IMG/VR virus record: IMGVR_UViG_2534682207_000010
Coordinates: 1-64,000 of that record
Reading direction: 5' to 3' (one strand)
From: a virus
Lineage: Duplodnaviria > Caudoviricetes
Length of the DNA stretch: 64,000 nt
Below, in pieces: positions 1 through 9,152 of the stretch. Both the position numbers and the translations under genes were made by a program. Positions within the stretch are counted from its first letter, which is position 1, and each line of letters opens with the position of its first letter. The notes under the pieces were generated by a model that made no database searches, had not been told where the DNA came from, and was given only the letters and a program-made list of their open reading frames with translations.

Positions 1-1368
1 TTATAGCTGTTTTAGTTTGATATTGACATTATCATCATCAATTATGATACGGTCTATAATCATAGTTAGGCAGGCCCTTTTTTCATCCAAGCTTCCTGAA
101 TCAGAAAGCGACATCAAGGTATCCCGCGCGGTTATCATTTCAGCAAGAGTTGTTACTGGCACATTTTTTGGTTTTGATACATTCAATAGCGCCTCTTTCT
201 CTTTAGTAAGTGCATCCATCTTTTTCTGTATGGACTCAAGCGGAATACCACTAACTTGATATAGGTCTATCAGCTTTTCAATCTGCTTATCAATCTCGGT
301 TAAACGAAGTGAATAGTCAGTGACTGGAACTGGGGTAGGATGGCTATTCTGTAATTTGGAAAAGTCTAAACGCGTTATGTAATCCAGTACCAGTTTATCT
401 AGTTCTTCTATTTTCCATTTTTTATTTTTGCAATTTGGGTCTACAATATACTTTTTATCACCCTTAGTACGGCTATAGCAGGAATAGTTACCATGCTCAC
501 CATGGAACCGTGCCCCACACTTACCACAATACACGAGGCTGGAAAGAAGAGTGTTCGCCTTAAATGGAGACCGCTTGAAGGTATCAGATGTCCTCCTGGA
601 GCTGTTAAACAGGTCCTGCACCTGCCGAAATATTTCTTCGGATATGATTGGTTGATGATTGCCTTGATAGGCAACTCCTTTAAACTTCACCTTTCCAATA
701 TACAGTTCATTTTTAAGGACATTCCGTACTGAGACCTCATTGCTCCATCCCCCATATTTTTGATGCATATACTGCCAACAGTTATGGATTGAATACCCCT
801 TTAAGAACCGATTATACAAATCTTTGACCTGCAAAGCCTCATAATCATTTATTATAAGTTCTCCGTCAATATAATCATATCCGGTCGGCGCATTACCGCC
901 TCCATGAAAATACCCATTCTTGGCCCTGCCGATGCGTCCCATTGTAAAACGCTCCGTAATCTGGTCTTTCTCCAGCTGGGCAAAGACAGACAGTATTCCA
1001 ATCATGGCCCGGCCAAAGGGAGTGGAGGTGTCAAAATTCTCGTTAACGGAAACAAAGTCCACATTCTTGGCCAAGAAACAATCCTCAATCAGCATGAGTG
1101 TATCCTTTTGGCTTCGGGACAGGCGGTCAAGCTTGTAGACAATAACAGAGTCTATCAATCCTTTGCCGATGTCCTGGAGCATCTGTTGCAGGGCAGGCCT
1201 ATTAACGTTTCCGCCAGAATAGCCGCCGTCGGTATATATCTTGACTATCTGAATATCTTTTGCTTTACAGTATGCTTTCAATCGGTCAGTCTGTTCTTCA
1301 ATGCTGTAGTTTTCTAACTGATTGTCCGTGGATACGCGGACATAACATGCGCCTTTAATCATATTCAT
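1..1368 (-). CDS. Large serine recombinase (prophage integrase)
   Basis: N-terminal resolvase motif YVRVST..Q with catalytic Ser, DRLSR motif, recombinase domain, Zn-ribbon CGKCG, coiled coil; sits at the prophage edge. Confidence 0.95.
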   Translation of the reverse strand: MNMIKGACYVRVSTDNQLENYSIEEQTDRLKAYCKAKDIQIVKIYTDGGYSGGNVNRPALQQMLQDIGKGLIDSVIVYKLDRLSRSQKDTLMLIEDCFLAKNVDFVSVNENFDTSTPFGRAMIGILSVFAQLEKDQITERFTMGRIGRAKNGYFHGGGNAPTGYDYIDGELIINDYEALQVKDLYNRFLKGYSIHNCWQYMHQKYGGWSNEVSVRNVLKNELYIGKVKFKGVAYQGNHQPIISEEIFRQVQDLFNSSRRTSDTFKRSPFKANTLLSSLVYCGKCGARFHGEHGNYSCYSRTKGDKKYIVDPNCKNKKWKIEELDKLVLDYITRLDFSKLQNSHPTPVPVTDYSLRLTEIDKQIEKLIDLYQVSGIPLESIQKKMDALTKEKEALLNVSKPKNVPVTTLAEMITARDTLMSLSDSGSLDEKRACLTMIIDRIIIDDDNVNIKLKQL

Positions 1369-1506
1369 CTCTCCTCATATTTAACTATACTCTTCGGTTG
1401 ACGTAAAATTACACCTATGGTTGCCCGGTGCCCGGAAAGATGATATACTATGTCTTGTACTCAACATTTCTTATCTGGGGAACCGTGACACCCTTGGTAA
1501 GGCTGG

Positions 1507-1531
1507 GCCCCTGTGTTTGCTGCACAGGGGC
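1507..1531. terminator. GC-rich hairpin upstream of the integrase (terminator/regulatory)
   Basis: gcccctgtg-N7-cacaggggc perfect 9-bp stem. Confidence 0.5.
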
Positions 1532-1538
1532 TCTTGCG

Positions 1539-1739
1539 TTATTTAAATAAATCAAAAAGACTAAATGAAGTCTTTTTATATACTTTATTATATGCGGCCT
1601 TTTTAGGATTCTTTATCCACCCCATCCCTTTTTTTCCATAGCCGGGGATTAATGCTTTTTTTACCGTTTTTTTTGCTCGTCCGGTGGTCCTGGCCTTTAG
1701 CGATTTCATTGGGCTGATTTTACGCATTCCAAATTTCAT
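1539..1739 (-). CDS. Small basic conserved phage protein of lysogeny modules
   Basis: 66 aa Lys-rich ORF (MKFGMRK..PGYGKKGMG..); RBS ggagg upstream. Confidence 0.75.
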   Translation of the reverse strand: MKFGMRKISPMKSLKARTTGRAKKTVKKALIPGYGKKGMGWIKNPKKAAYNKVYKKTSFSLFDLFK

Positions 1740-1782
1740 GATGTTGCCTCCTTATGAAATAGTATTTTTCATAGTCTAATGC

Positions 1783-1830
1783 TTGAATAAGAACATGTGT
1801 TCTGCTATAATGAATAAGAACATAAGTTTG
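1783..1830 (+). promoter_or_regulatory. Sigma-A promoter with two LexA (SOS/Cheo-type) boxes
   Basis: TTGAAT(1783)-17-TATAAT(1806) with extended TG; GAAC-ATGT-GTTC at 1791-1802 in the spacer; GAAC-ATAA-GTTT at 1818-1829. Confidence 0.75.
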
Positions 1831-1883
1831 TGTATATCATTCACTGCTACTGCGGATACTGTCCGTATGGAGGTATACACAAA

Positions 1884-2102
1884 ATGGTTCCTAAATTTAG
1901 AATTGAGTATCACCTGTACCAGTTCCGGGCCAAAGCGGGTCTTACAAACCGTGGTCTTGCGGAACTATCTGGGGTGAGTAAAACCCAAATTAATCAAATT
2001 GAAGATGGCAAGGCCAATCCCACGATACACACCATATGCCTCCTTTCCCTTGCATTGGGTGTTACACCAGCCGACCTGTTTTCAATCCGCATAACCCCCT
2101 AA
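1884..2102 (+). CDS. XRE-family HTH protein, probably SOS-inducible
   Basis: LTNRGLAELSGVSKTQINQIEDGKANPT HTH; RBS ggagg at 1869 favours ATG 1884. Confidence 0.85.
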   Translation: MVPKFRIEYHLYQFRAKAGLTNRGLAELSGVSKTQINQIEDGKANPTIHTICLLSLALGVTPADLFSIRITP

Positions 2103-2245
2103 ACGGGGGTACATAATAGACACTTGTCAATATTTGTCCGTTATACCGGACAAATGTGGAAACAGCAGATAAAAAAGAAAATTACTGCGTACTTATTGTA
2201 TAAGATAGTCAATAATATGACTATGGGAAAGGATGGTACATACAT

Positions 2246-2362
2246 ATGAGTAATCAAGAATACTGGAATGCTATTGCTGAAAAGGCTAAGGAAATTGATA
2301 ACAATGCCTTACTTAGAAGAATTTACCTTTTTATCCTTGCCCTACAAGGAGGCACCCGTTGA
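2246..2362 (+). CDS. 38-aa helical peptide (MSNQEYWNAIAEKAKEIDNNALLRRIYLFILALQGGTR), possible antirepressor
   Basis: Manual translation; RBS aagga upstream; converges on cI. Confidence 0.55.
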   Translation: MSNQEYWNAIAEKAKEIDNNALLRRIYLFILALQGGTR

Positions 2363-2369
2363 GGTGCCT
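2350..2369. terminator. Bidirectional hairpin terminator between convergent genes
   Basis: aggcacc-cgttga-ggtgcct followed by T-rich tract. Confidence 0.6.
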
Positions 2370-2372
2370 TTG

Positions 2373-2753
2373 TCATTTTATTCCTAGCCATGCTTTCATG
2401 AAATTTTCTAAAATTTTCAATTTCTCTGGGTCCGTTTCTGCTAATAAGTTTATGCCATTTCTTATAAATTCATTTTCAGTTGTGCTCAGTTTTCCTAAAT
2501 TAAGCGAAAATCTGTCATCAGTAGATATTTGAGTAAATATGTTATCGTCTCCGCCTTCACCTGTGCGAAGCCAAGTTTCATTGATATGAAACGAATTGCA
2601 GATATCAGATATTACTCTATTTGTAACGGCAACCTTTCCGGTTTCTATATTTCCGAGATTTGAGCGTGATATCTTAATGGATTCAGAAAATTCTTCTTGT
2701 GTCTTATGCAGAATCTCTTTGCGCAAAAACCGTATTCGTTCATATATATTCAT
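2373..2753 (-). CDS. CI-like XRE repressor, 126 aa, no S24 peptidase domain
   Basis: MNIYERIRFLRKE..TQEEFSESIKISRSNLGNIETGK HTH; RBS gaaaggag; transcribed divergently from the lytic operon. Confidence 0.85.
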   Translation of the reverse strand: MNIYERIRFLRKEILHKTQEEFSESIKISRSNLGNIETGKVAVTNRVISDICNSFHINETWLRTGEGGDDNIFTQISTDDRFSLNLGKLSTTENEFIRNGINLLAETDPEKLKILENFMKAWLGIK

Positions 2754-2780
2754 GCTTTTTCTCCTTTCGTGTACAAGTAA

Positions 2781-2872
2781 ATTATACCATAAATAAAAAT
2801 GCTTGTAAAGGACAAAAATGTGAAATATGTGATTGACAAGGACAAAATAATGGTATATAATGTCCTTAACAA
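2781..2872. promoter_or_regulatory. Divergent PL/PR promoters with three operator repeats
   Basis: PR TTGACA(2833)-17-TATAAT(2856); PL on minus strand TTTACA(2809-2804)-17-TATAAT(2786-2781) with TG; repeats TTGTAAAGGACAA 2803, TTGACAAGGACAA 2833, inverted TTGTTAAGGACAT 2860-2872. Confidence 0.85.
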
Positions 2873-3005
2873 ACAAATAGAAACGAGGTGAAAGAAGATG
2901 ATACCTAACTGGCTGTTGGGTACTGAAACCTTACACTTATATATTAGGAGGTAATAAAAATAAATCAATGGAATATAATCCCAATTTTTATTATTACAAC
3001 ACTTT

Positions 3006-3506
3006 TTAATCTGACTTCCTTTTTTTACGGAACGCTTGAGAAAAGTGCTGGAAAATTCGTCCTACTGCTGTGGAATATCCTACTGGGATTTGTTTTTGCT
3101 GTTTTTGCAGTAAATCTCCCAATATTTCGATAACCAAATCATATGTTGGACAAGTTGCTTCTTTATTTTTGGAATGTATTTTTAGTTCTTTATTTAAAGT
3201 TCTAAGTACAGGCCAGTGTTCCTTCGGAATATAAAGAAATAGTTTTTGGTAAGCACGTTCATAATCAATTTGGTTCCCACCTAATGAGTAGAGATGTGAT
3301 GAAGCTTGCGTAATGAAATTTTCGTATGTTTCTTTGCATTGTTTGTAATAATCAGTGGATGTTTCATGTTGTAGTTCAAGTTGTTTAAGTTTGCGCTGAT
3401 GAATATTGTTAAGAAGTAGCGAGATGGTTGGAGTGATGATAGAAATTGCCAAAGCAATCCAGGCAGCAGTAGCGCTCCAATCAGTATTGTTAGGTATGTT
3501 GGGCAT
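3006..3506 (-). CDS. Moron: membrane-anchored hypothetical protein
   Basis: 166 aa, N-terminal hydrophobic helix, AT-rich, antisense to the lytic operon, own RBS. Confidence 0.7.
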   Translation of the reverse strand: MPNIPNNTDWSATAAWIALAISIITPTISLLLNNIHQRKLKQLELQHETSTDYYKQCKETYENFITQASSHLYSLGGNQIDYERAYQKLFLYIPKEHWPVLRTLNKELKIHSKNKEATCPTYDLVIEILGDLLQKQQKQIPVGYSTAVGRIFQHFSQAFRKKRKSD

Positions 3507-3573
3507 TGGCTAGTCCTCCTTTAAAGTTAATAAAAAAATTATAGCATATTTTGGGAAAGCGAGGTGAGAAACT

Positions 3574-3744
3574 ATGCAGGACATTAACTCTATCCAATTA
3601 ACGGATGACACATTAAAAAATATCCTTATTATGGCTCCCATGCTGGATGAAGCTGGTCAAAATAAGGTGTTTGGCCTGATGTGTGGCTTAATTCCTAGTG
3701 TGACCAAGAGTGGTACTGACATTAAGGATAGAAAGACGAGTTAA
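3574..3744 (+). CDS. 56-aa early protein (first substantial lytic gene; no HTH seen)
   Basis: Manual translation MQDINSIQLTDD...; RBS gaggtg. Confidence 0.6.
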   Translation: MQDINSIQLTDDTLKNILIMAPMLDEAGQNKVFGLMCGLIPSVTKSGTDIKDRKTS

Positions 3745-3892
3745 TCTCGGAATATTGGCAAGTGAATAGGAGGATGTGAGAGGGATGTGTATTTTTGTGA
3801 GAGGTTATCCAATAGTAACACCAGCCAGAAATAGTACCAAGCGTGCCAATAAGTGATAGAGCAAAAGTTAAATTTTCTTTTGTTAATTCCAT
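3722..3892 (-). CDS. Small membrane peptide or truncated moron
   Basis: MELTKENLTFALSLIGTLGTISGW; RBS gaagg upstream. Confidence 0.35.
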   Translation of the reverse strand: MELTKENLTFALSLIGTLGTISGWCYYWITSHKNTHPSHILLFTCQYSEINSSFYP

Positions 3893-4032
3893 AATAATAT
3901 TTCCTTCACTAAATACTCGGCGCGGCAACGCCTGTAAGTAAAGTATAGGGCAGGGGGGAGGAAAAAGATAAGGCGGACAACGCAAGAAGTACAACCGTAA
4001 CAGCATACAATCAACCAGAGAGGGGTGGTGAT

Positions 4033-4185
4033 ATGGCAAACGTAATCATAACAACCTATGACGGGAAAGTTTATACGAACCCGGAGGACATTAAGGTAGA
4101 GAGAAACGAGAATACTGAAATGTTCTACAGGTTCTTGGAACAGTTCCGTGATGAAAGAATTCAAAAGCAGGAGGACACCGCCTAA
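4033..4185 (+). CDS. Hypothetical early protein, 50 aa
   Basis: Manual translation MANVIITTYDGKVY..; RBS ggggtggtg. Confidence 0.6.
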   Translation: MANVIITTYDGKVYTNPEDIKVERNENTEMFYRFLEQFRDERIQKQEDTA

Positions 4186-4227
4186 GGGCGGCCATGGAGG
4201 ACAAGCATAGAAAGGAGAGACAAGCCA

Positions 4228-4404
4228 ATGAGAGCTAAAACATTTGCGGAGCACCGTATCCATCAGTACCTGGAAACAGTTTACCCGGGCCTGGATGGCC
4301 ACATGGAAACAGTTAACGCACATGAGGCCATAGTGACGGACATTAATGGTGACAAAATCCGTGTAGTATACGACAGAGGGGCGGTGTATGAAATTGAGAT
4401 GTGA
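4228..4404 (+). CDS. Hypothetical early protein, 58 aa
   Basis: Manual translation MRAKTFAEHRI..; RBS aaggag. Confidence 0.65.
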   Translation: MRAKTFAEHRIHQYLETVYPGLDGHMETVNAHEAIVTDINGDKIRVVYDRGAVYEIEM

Positions 4405-4429
4405 TGACGAAAGGGACGAGCATCCCCTA

Positions 4430-4531
4430 ATGACGGCAGCGAGATGGATTATCATAGCAACTTTTTGGATGTTCGGAATGGTGGTTGCAGCAACAGTGGT
4501 CATGGCGCTGGCCATGGGCGTGAGACTTTAA
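4430..4531 (+). CDS. 33-aa hydrophobic peptide
   Basis: MTAARWIIIATFWMFGMVVAATVVMALAMGVRL. Confidence 0.45.
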   Translation: MTAARWIIIATFWMFGMVVAATVVMALAMGVRL

Positions 4532-4547
4532 TGGGAGGTGAAGCGAG

Positions 4548-4712
4548 ATGACAAGAGAACGAAAGATCCGGATTATGATGGAGCTGTTGGACGAGCAGGC
4601 AGTGAGTATCCCTGCATACATGGAAGAGGATTACCAGAGAGCGATTGACGCGGCGTTCCAAAAGATAGAGAAGCTGGAGATCGGAGAGGGCGTATGCCCG
4701 GAGCGGAGGTGA
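4548..4712 (+). CDS. Hypothetical early protein, 54 aa
   Basis: MTRERKIRIMMELLDEQ..; RBS ggaggtg. Confidence 0.6.
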   Translation: MTRERKIRIMMELLDEQAVSIPAYMEEDYQRAIDAAFQKIEKLEIGEGVCPERR

Positions 4713-4894
4713 GGATAATACAGAGTCAAGTTATTAAAGCTATCATCATACAGGCCATGGTTCAGTCCGGTGTTGTTATGACCGGTAACGCAGATAGAAT
4801 TGAGGCGGGGGCTGAGGCAGCGAGTAATGAGATATTGGAAGAAATGAAAAAGGACCCCAGCGGCGGCAACCGCGAGAGGCCCATAGACAAATAG
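4694..4894 (+). CDS. Hypothetical protein
   Basis: ORF track; operon position. Confidence 0.5.
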   Translation: MPGAEVRIIQSQVIKAIIIQAMVQSGVVMTGNADRIEAGAEAASNEILEEMKKDPSGGNRERPIDK

Positions 4895-4938
4895 TTTAGC
4901 ACACCCTTAGTATAAGGGATTTTAAAGGAGATTGCAAG

Positions 4939-6969
4939 ATGAAAGTGATTAAACTGGTTTCGGTCAGGTTTGAAAATTTTAAAAAATTAAATCGGACTGT
5001 CGAGTTCGGTGAGAAAAGAACGCAGATTTTTGCTATGAATCGGACAGGAAAGTCTAGCATGGCGGATGGAATATTCTGGGTCTTGTTTGGAAAGTCTAGC
5101 ACAGGGAAGAGCGAGGGAAAAGAATTTCGTCCCAGGCCGTATGATTCCCTGGGCATTGATGTTGACCATGTGGATGTGGTTGCGGAGTTGGTGCTATTGG
5201 TAGACGGCGTTGAAGTTGTTCTTAGAAAGACTCAGCGGCAGAACTGGGTACGGAAGCGCGGAACAACAACAGAAGTCCATGAGGGAGATAAGAACATTTA
5301 TGCATGGAACAATGTGGAAATATCCGAAACAGAGTTCAAGCGCCGGATTGCCGATATTGTATCAGAAAAGAACTTCATGTTGATTACGGACCCGACCGCA
5401 TTTTTCCGGTTATCGAAGCAGGAGAAATTGGACTTGATTCTTTCCCTGATTGCCAATGTGACCGAGGAACAGATTCTGATGGAAGTTGGCGGATTCGATG
5501 AACTTCTGAAATTTGTTCGGGATGGAAAGAAACTGGAAGAGGTAAAGGCCACTTCCAAGCGCTCGATTTCGGATATGACCAAAGAGCGTGACCAGATTTC
5601 GGCATTTATCAACGAGAGAAGCAAGGATATTGTGGATATGGATGTTTCTGACATAGAGCTTCAGCGGAATGCAATCAATGAGAAGATTGCTGAGATTGAC
5701 CAGAAAATCGAGGATTCCACAGCGGCAGTTACAGAGTATGATGAGAAGTCCAAAAACATCATTGAACTAAAAATGAAGCAGTCGGAGAATATCCGGATTG
5801 CTAATGAGGGATTGGTTAAGCAGAAACGGGAAATTCAGAAGCGGATTGATAAAGCGGAGAATGATTTCCAGGTAGCTATGCAGAAGCAGAAAATGGCGGA
5901 GCTGGAGATTGAGCGGTTGAATCGCATTGTTGAGAGTAACAAAACGCTTCGGGCTGAACTTGCAAAAAAGGTTGAGACTGAGGAAGCGAAAACTTTTCCG
6001 GAATATGTGGAACCAGAACCACTATCCTCTGATGCGCTGGTTTGCCCCACCTGCGGACAGGATTTACCAGAAGAATTAAAACAGAGGAAGATTGAATGCT
6101 TTGAAAAGGACAAAAAGCTACATTGGGAGAAATACGAGGCTGATAAGGGGAAATTTGAAGCAGACCAGAGCGAATTATTGGACAAAATCTGCCAGGAGGG
6201 AAAAGCTTGTGTTGAGAAAATCAACAAAGCAAAAGAAGATTTAGAGACTGCTAAAAATTTCTTGGAATCAGCAAAAGCAGACAAGATTACTGCAAATGCA
6301 GATAAGACAAAAGCAATGGAAGAACTGGCGGCACTTCCAGAACAGGTGGATTTATCAGATAACCAGGAATATGAAGCCCTGTGTATGGAAATCCAGGCAA
6401 AAGAGGAAGCCCTGCGGAACATGAATACCGGCGCTGATTGCCGTACACAGTTGAAAGACGAAAAAGCTGAATGGGAGACACAGCTTGCCGAGGTCAACCA
6501 GAAGTTTGCCGCTGTGGACAAGTCCGATGAAGCCAAAGACCGTGTGGCAGAACTGGAAAAGCAGTTTAAGGATAAGGTTCAGCTGATTGCCGACCAGGAG
6601 CGGATTTTGATGATGTGCGAAGAGTTTCAAACAGCCAAGGACAATTATTTGACCGAAGAGGTAAACAAGCACTTTGAAAATGTACGATTCCAGTTGTTCC
6701 GTCAGCAGAAGAATGGCGGAGTGGAGCGTGTATGCGACGTCTACACGAAGAACGGTTCCCCATATGGAGATAACACGACCAGCGGAGCGGAGAAGTTGAT
6801 TATGGGTCTGGAAGTTATCAACGTGTTGTCTGGCATTATCGGGGTTAAGGCTCCTGTAATCGTAGATAACGCTGAAAAGGTATCAGAGGGCAATATGCCA
6901 GAGATTGATGACCAGATGATTATGCTGTCGGTTTCCAATGACGAGGATTTCAGAATTGAAAAGGAATGA
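4939..6969 (+). CDS. SMC/SbcC(Rad50)-like AAA ATPase
   Basis: N-terminal Walker A-like NRTGKS, long coiled coil, central CPTCG zinc hook, C-terminal SGAE signature and IVDNAE Walker B. Confidence 0.85.
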   Translation: MKVIKLVSVRFENFKKLNRTVEFGEKRTQIFAMNRTGKSSMADGIFWVLFGKSSTGKSEGKEFRPRPYDSLGIDVDHVDVVAELVLLVDGVEVVLRKTQRQNWVRKRGTTTEVHEGDKNIYAWNNVEISETEFKRRIADIVSEKNFMLITDPTAFFRLSKQEKLDLILSLIANVTEEQILMEVGGFDELLKFVRDGKKLEEVKATSKRSISDMTKERDQISAFINERSKDIVDMDVSDIELQRNAINEKIAEIDQKIEDSTAAVTEYDEKSKNIIELKMKQSENIRIANEGLVKQKREIQKRIDKAENDFQVAMQKQKMAELEIERLNRIVESNKTLRAELAKKVETEEAKTFPEYVEPEPLSSDALVCPTCGQDLPEELKQRKIECFEKDKKLHWEKYEADKGKFEADQSELLDKICQEGKACVEKINKAKEDLETAKNFLESAKADKITANADKTKAMEELAALPEQVDLSDNQEYEALCMEIQAKEEALRNMNTGADCRTQLKDEKAEWETQLAEVNQKFAAVDKSDEAKDRVAELEKQFKDKVQLIADQERILMMCEEFQTAKDNYLTEEVNKHFENVRFQLFRQQKNGGVERVCDVYTKNGSPYGDNTTSGAEKLIMGLEVINVLSGIIGVKAPVIVDNAEKVSEGNMPEIDDQMIMLSVSNDEDFRIEKE

Positions 6970-7186
6970 AAGAGATTTTGAGAGCGAGTACCGGGTCATC
7001 GAAATGTTACACGCCATTAAGTTTTTCATTGAGGCGGCAAACCGACTAACACAAGAGGATATTGACACTTTGGGAAAAGTTGCGGATTTTATGAAAAAGT
7101 CAAAGACTCAAGAACCATGTGAAATGACCATTTCTGATATTGAAAAAGCGTTGGGACATCCAGTGAAAATCATCAAGGAGAAATAA
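6938..7186 (+). CDS. Hypothetical protein
   Basis: ORF track; operon position; start uncertain. Confidence 0.55.
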   Translation: MTRISELKRNERDFESEYRVIEMLHAIKFFIEAANRLTQEDIDTLGKVADFMKKSKTQEPCEMTISDIEKALGHPVKIIKEK

Positions 7187-7189
7187 TTT

Positions 7190-7561
7190 ATGAAACTGAT
7201 GGTTACAAATCATCCATACTATTGCAGTGAAAGTAACTATTATGTTGACGGTTCCGATAATTACGGAAGAAATGAGTATGATAGCTGGTCAGATTTCAAG
7301 GAAGAATGGCTGGGAATCGGAGATGATTCATTAGGAATTGATTCCGACCTTAATTACTGTGTTAGATTCGATATTACGCAGAACGAAGACAGTGGTGCAA
7401 AAGATTTATGGTTATTCTTCTTATTACAACGTAAGGGAATTTTTAGTCCTGTACAGGTAAGAAACATCAAGGATTCAGATATGCCAGAGATTGAGAAATT
7501 CTTGAAAAGGCAGTGGAAGTATATAAAGAAAATGTGGAAGGAGTTTAGCAATGTTGATTAA
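7190..7561 (+). CDS. Hypothetical protein
   Basis: 123 aa; RBS aaggag. Confidence 0.7.
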   Translation: MKLMVTNHPYYCSESNYYVDGSDNYGRNEYDSWSDFKEEWLGIGDDSLGIDSDLNYCVRFDITQNEDSGAKDLWLFFLLQRKGIFSPVQVRNIKDSDMPEIEKFLKRQWKYIKKMWKEFSNVD

Positions 7562-8072
7562 AGTGCAGTTTTTGAAGGGAGACAAGCCATCTGGCAGGGC
7601 ATATACATATCATTCCGATGTTCTGGTCAAGGTTGGCGACAAGGTGCAGATTAACAGTTCTGCAAAGGGGATTGTTACCGAGATTGATGTGCCAGAGGAA
7701 GAGGTTGCGGCGTTTGCCGATAAGGTAAAATCCATTATGGGATTGGTAGAGAGTGTAAATGCAGTTGTTAAGAACTGGTCATTGTTTGCAAGCACTGATA
7801 CTGGATTTGCTGCACCGGAGTTATTGCATATGCACTTGCAGGGAAATGTTTATGGAAGACAGGGATTTTGTGATGGAGACCCTATCAATACATCCAGAAT
7901 TGTAGGTATTGAAGACGTTGGCGACCATAAGGTAATCATTACAAGGACAGGCTCTAAATATTCTGTTTACCCGGAAGATGTGGATTCAGATTGTGAGAAA
8001 CAGTTTCCAAGGTATTATGAACGTTTGAGAATAATTAAGGAAAGTGAGGCAGGCAATGAGGGAACGGTTTGA
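7551..8072 (+). CDS. Hypothetical protein
   Basis: 173 aa; overlapping operon junctions. Confidence 0.7.
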   Translation: MLIKVQFLKGDKPSGRAYTYHSDVLVKVGDKVQINSSAKGIVTEIDVPEEEVAAFADKVKSIMGLVESVNAVVKNWSLFASTDTGFAAPELLHMHLQGNVYGRQGFCDGDPINTSRIVGIEDVGDHKVIITRTGSKYSVYPEDVDSDCEKQFPRYYERLRIIKESEAGNEGTV

Positions 8073-8634
8073 AAAACTGCTTTCAGCAGTAAAGCGTGAT
8101 GGTATGGATAAGTTGCTGGAATTCATTCGCAAGAGTGATTTTTATACGGCACCGGCGAGTACACGGTTCCATGGAGCTTATGAGGGCGGACTACTGGAAC
8201 ATAGCCTGAATGTTTATGACTGTTTGGTAAATAAGTGGAAACTGGATAATGGGATTTGGCATAGTCATTTAGATAGTATTGGAGAGGACAGCATTGTTAT
8301 CTCTTCGTTACTTCATGACTTGTGCAAAACCTATTACTACACCACTGAAATGCGTAATAAGAAGAATGAATCTGGTGTATGGGTACAGGTTCCTTTCTAT
8401 ACGGTTGATGACCGGATTCCTTACGGACATGGCGAGAAGTCAGTCATGATGATTGAAGAATACATAAAGTTACTTCCGGTTGAGCGGTATGCAATCCGAT
8501 GGCACATGGGAGCCTATGAGCCGAAAGAGAACTGGAATACCTTGGGATTGGCTATGGAGAAGTATCCGCTGGTATTGGCCCTTCATGAAGCTGATATGGA
8601 AGCAACCTATTTGCTGGAAAAGAGGGGAGATTGA
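8056..8634 (+). CDS. HD-domain phosphohydrolase
   Basis: FHGAYEGGLLEHS, LLHDLCK, GHGEKS, IRWHMG, LHEAD motifs. Confidence 0.85.
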   Translation: MRERFEKLLSAVKRDGMDKLLEFIRKSDFYTAPASTRFHGAYEGGLLEHSLNVYDCLVNKWKLDNGIWHSHLDSIGEDSIVISSLLHDLCKTYYYTTEMRNKKNESGVWVQVPFYTVDDRIPYGHGEKSVMMIEEYIKLLPVERYAIRWHMGAYEPKENWNTLGLAMEKYPLVLALHEADMEATYLLEKRGD

Positions 8635-8978
8635 TGAAACAGAACCCGTGTAGATATTGTGCTTTATCTTATAATCGCAATGGAAGTCATTTTCCTTCAT
8701 ATGAGCAAAAATGTTATGAATGCGATTACAGAAAAAAGCACGAGAATTACTTAAAAAATCAAAGGATGTTTGAGCGAGGAGAAAAAATAGAAAGTTTCGA
8801 TGAACTTGGTCGGCAGCTTTATGTATTTGTCGGGAGTGCGGACAAGGCTACGCATATTGAGGTGGTTAAAAGCTGGCAATTAAGAATCGTGCTCAATATT
8901 TTGAATGAGGGAAGATTTTATAAAGCAATAAGGAAGGAAAGTGAGGAAAGCAATCATGGCAACAGCATTAAAGCATGA
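8631..8978 (+). CDS. Hypothetical Cys-containing protein
   Basis: CRYC..CYEC motifs. Confidence 0.65.
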   Translation: MMKQNPCRYCALSYNRNGSHFPSYEQKCYECDYRKKHENYLKNQRMFERGEKIESFDELGRQLYVFVGSADKATHIEVVKSWQLRIVLNILNEGRFYKAIRKESEESNHGNSIKA

Positions 8979-9150
8979 ACAGAGAAGTCACAGGAGTTAT
9001 CAACAGAATCGAAAGGTTATGGGGAGCATGGAAGTCGCTTCGGCACAGTTGGCTAACAGCCATCATTACAATAAGATGGCACATAATGAGGGCAACTGGT
9101 TGGACACTTTTAAGCAGATGTTCCGTATGGGGCAGAAAGGGGATAGATAA
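8956..9150 (+). CDS. Hypothetical protein
   Basis: RBS gagg; operon position. Confidence 0.55.
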   Translation: MATALKHEQRSHRSYQQNRKVMGSMEVASAQLANSHHYNKMAHNEGNWLDTFKQMFRMGQKGDR

Positions 9151-9152
9151 TC

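Noticed and set aside
1-60. attL/attR site
   Set aside because: The integrase stop is at bases 1-3; the attachment site would lie outside the window
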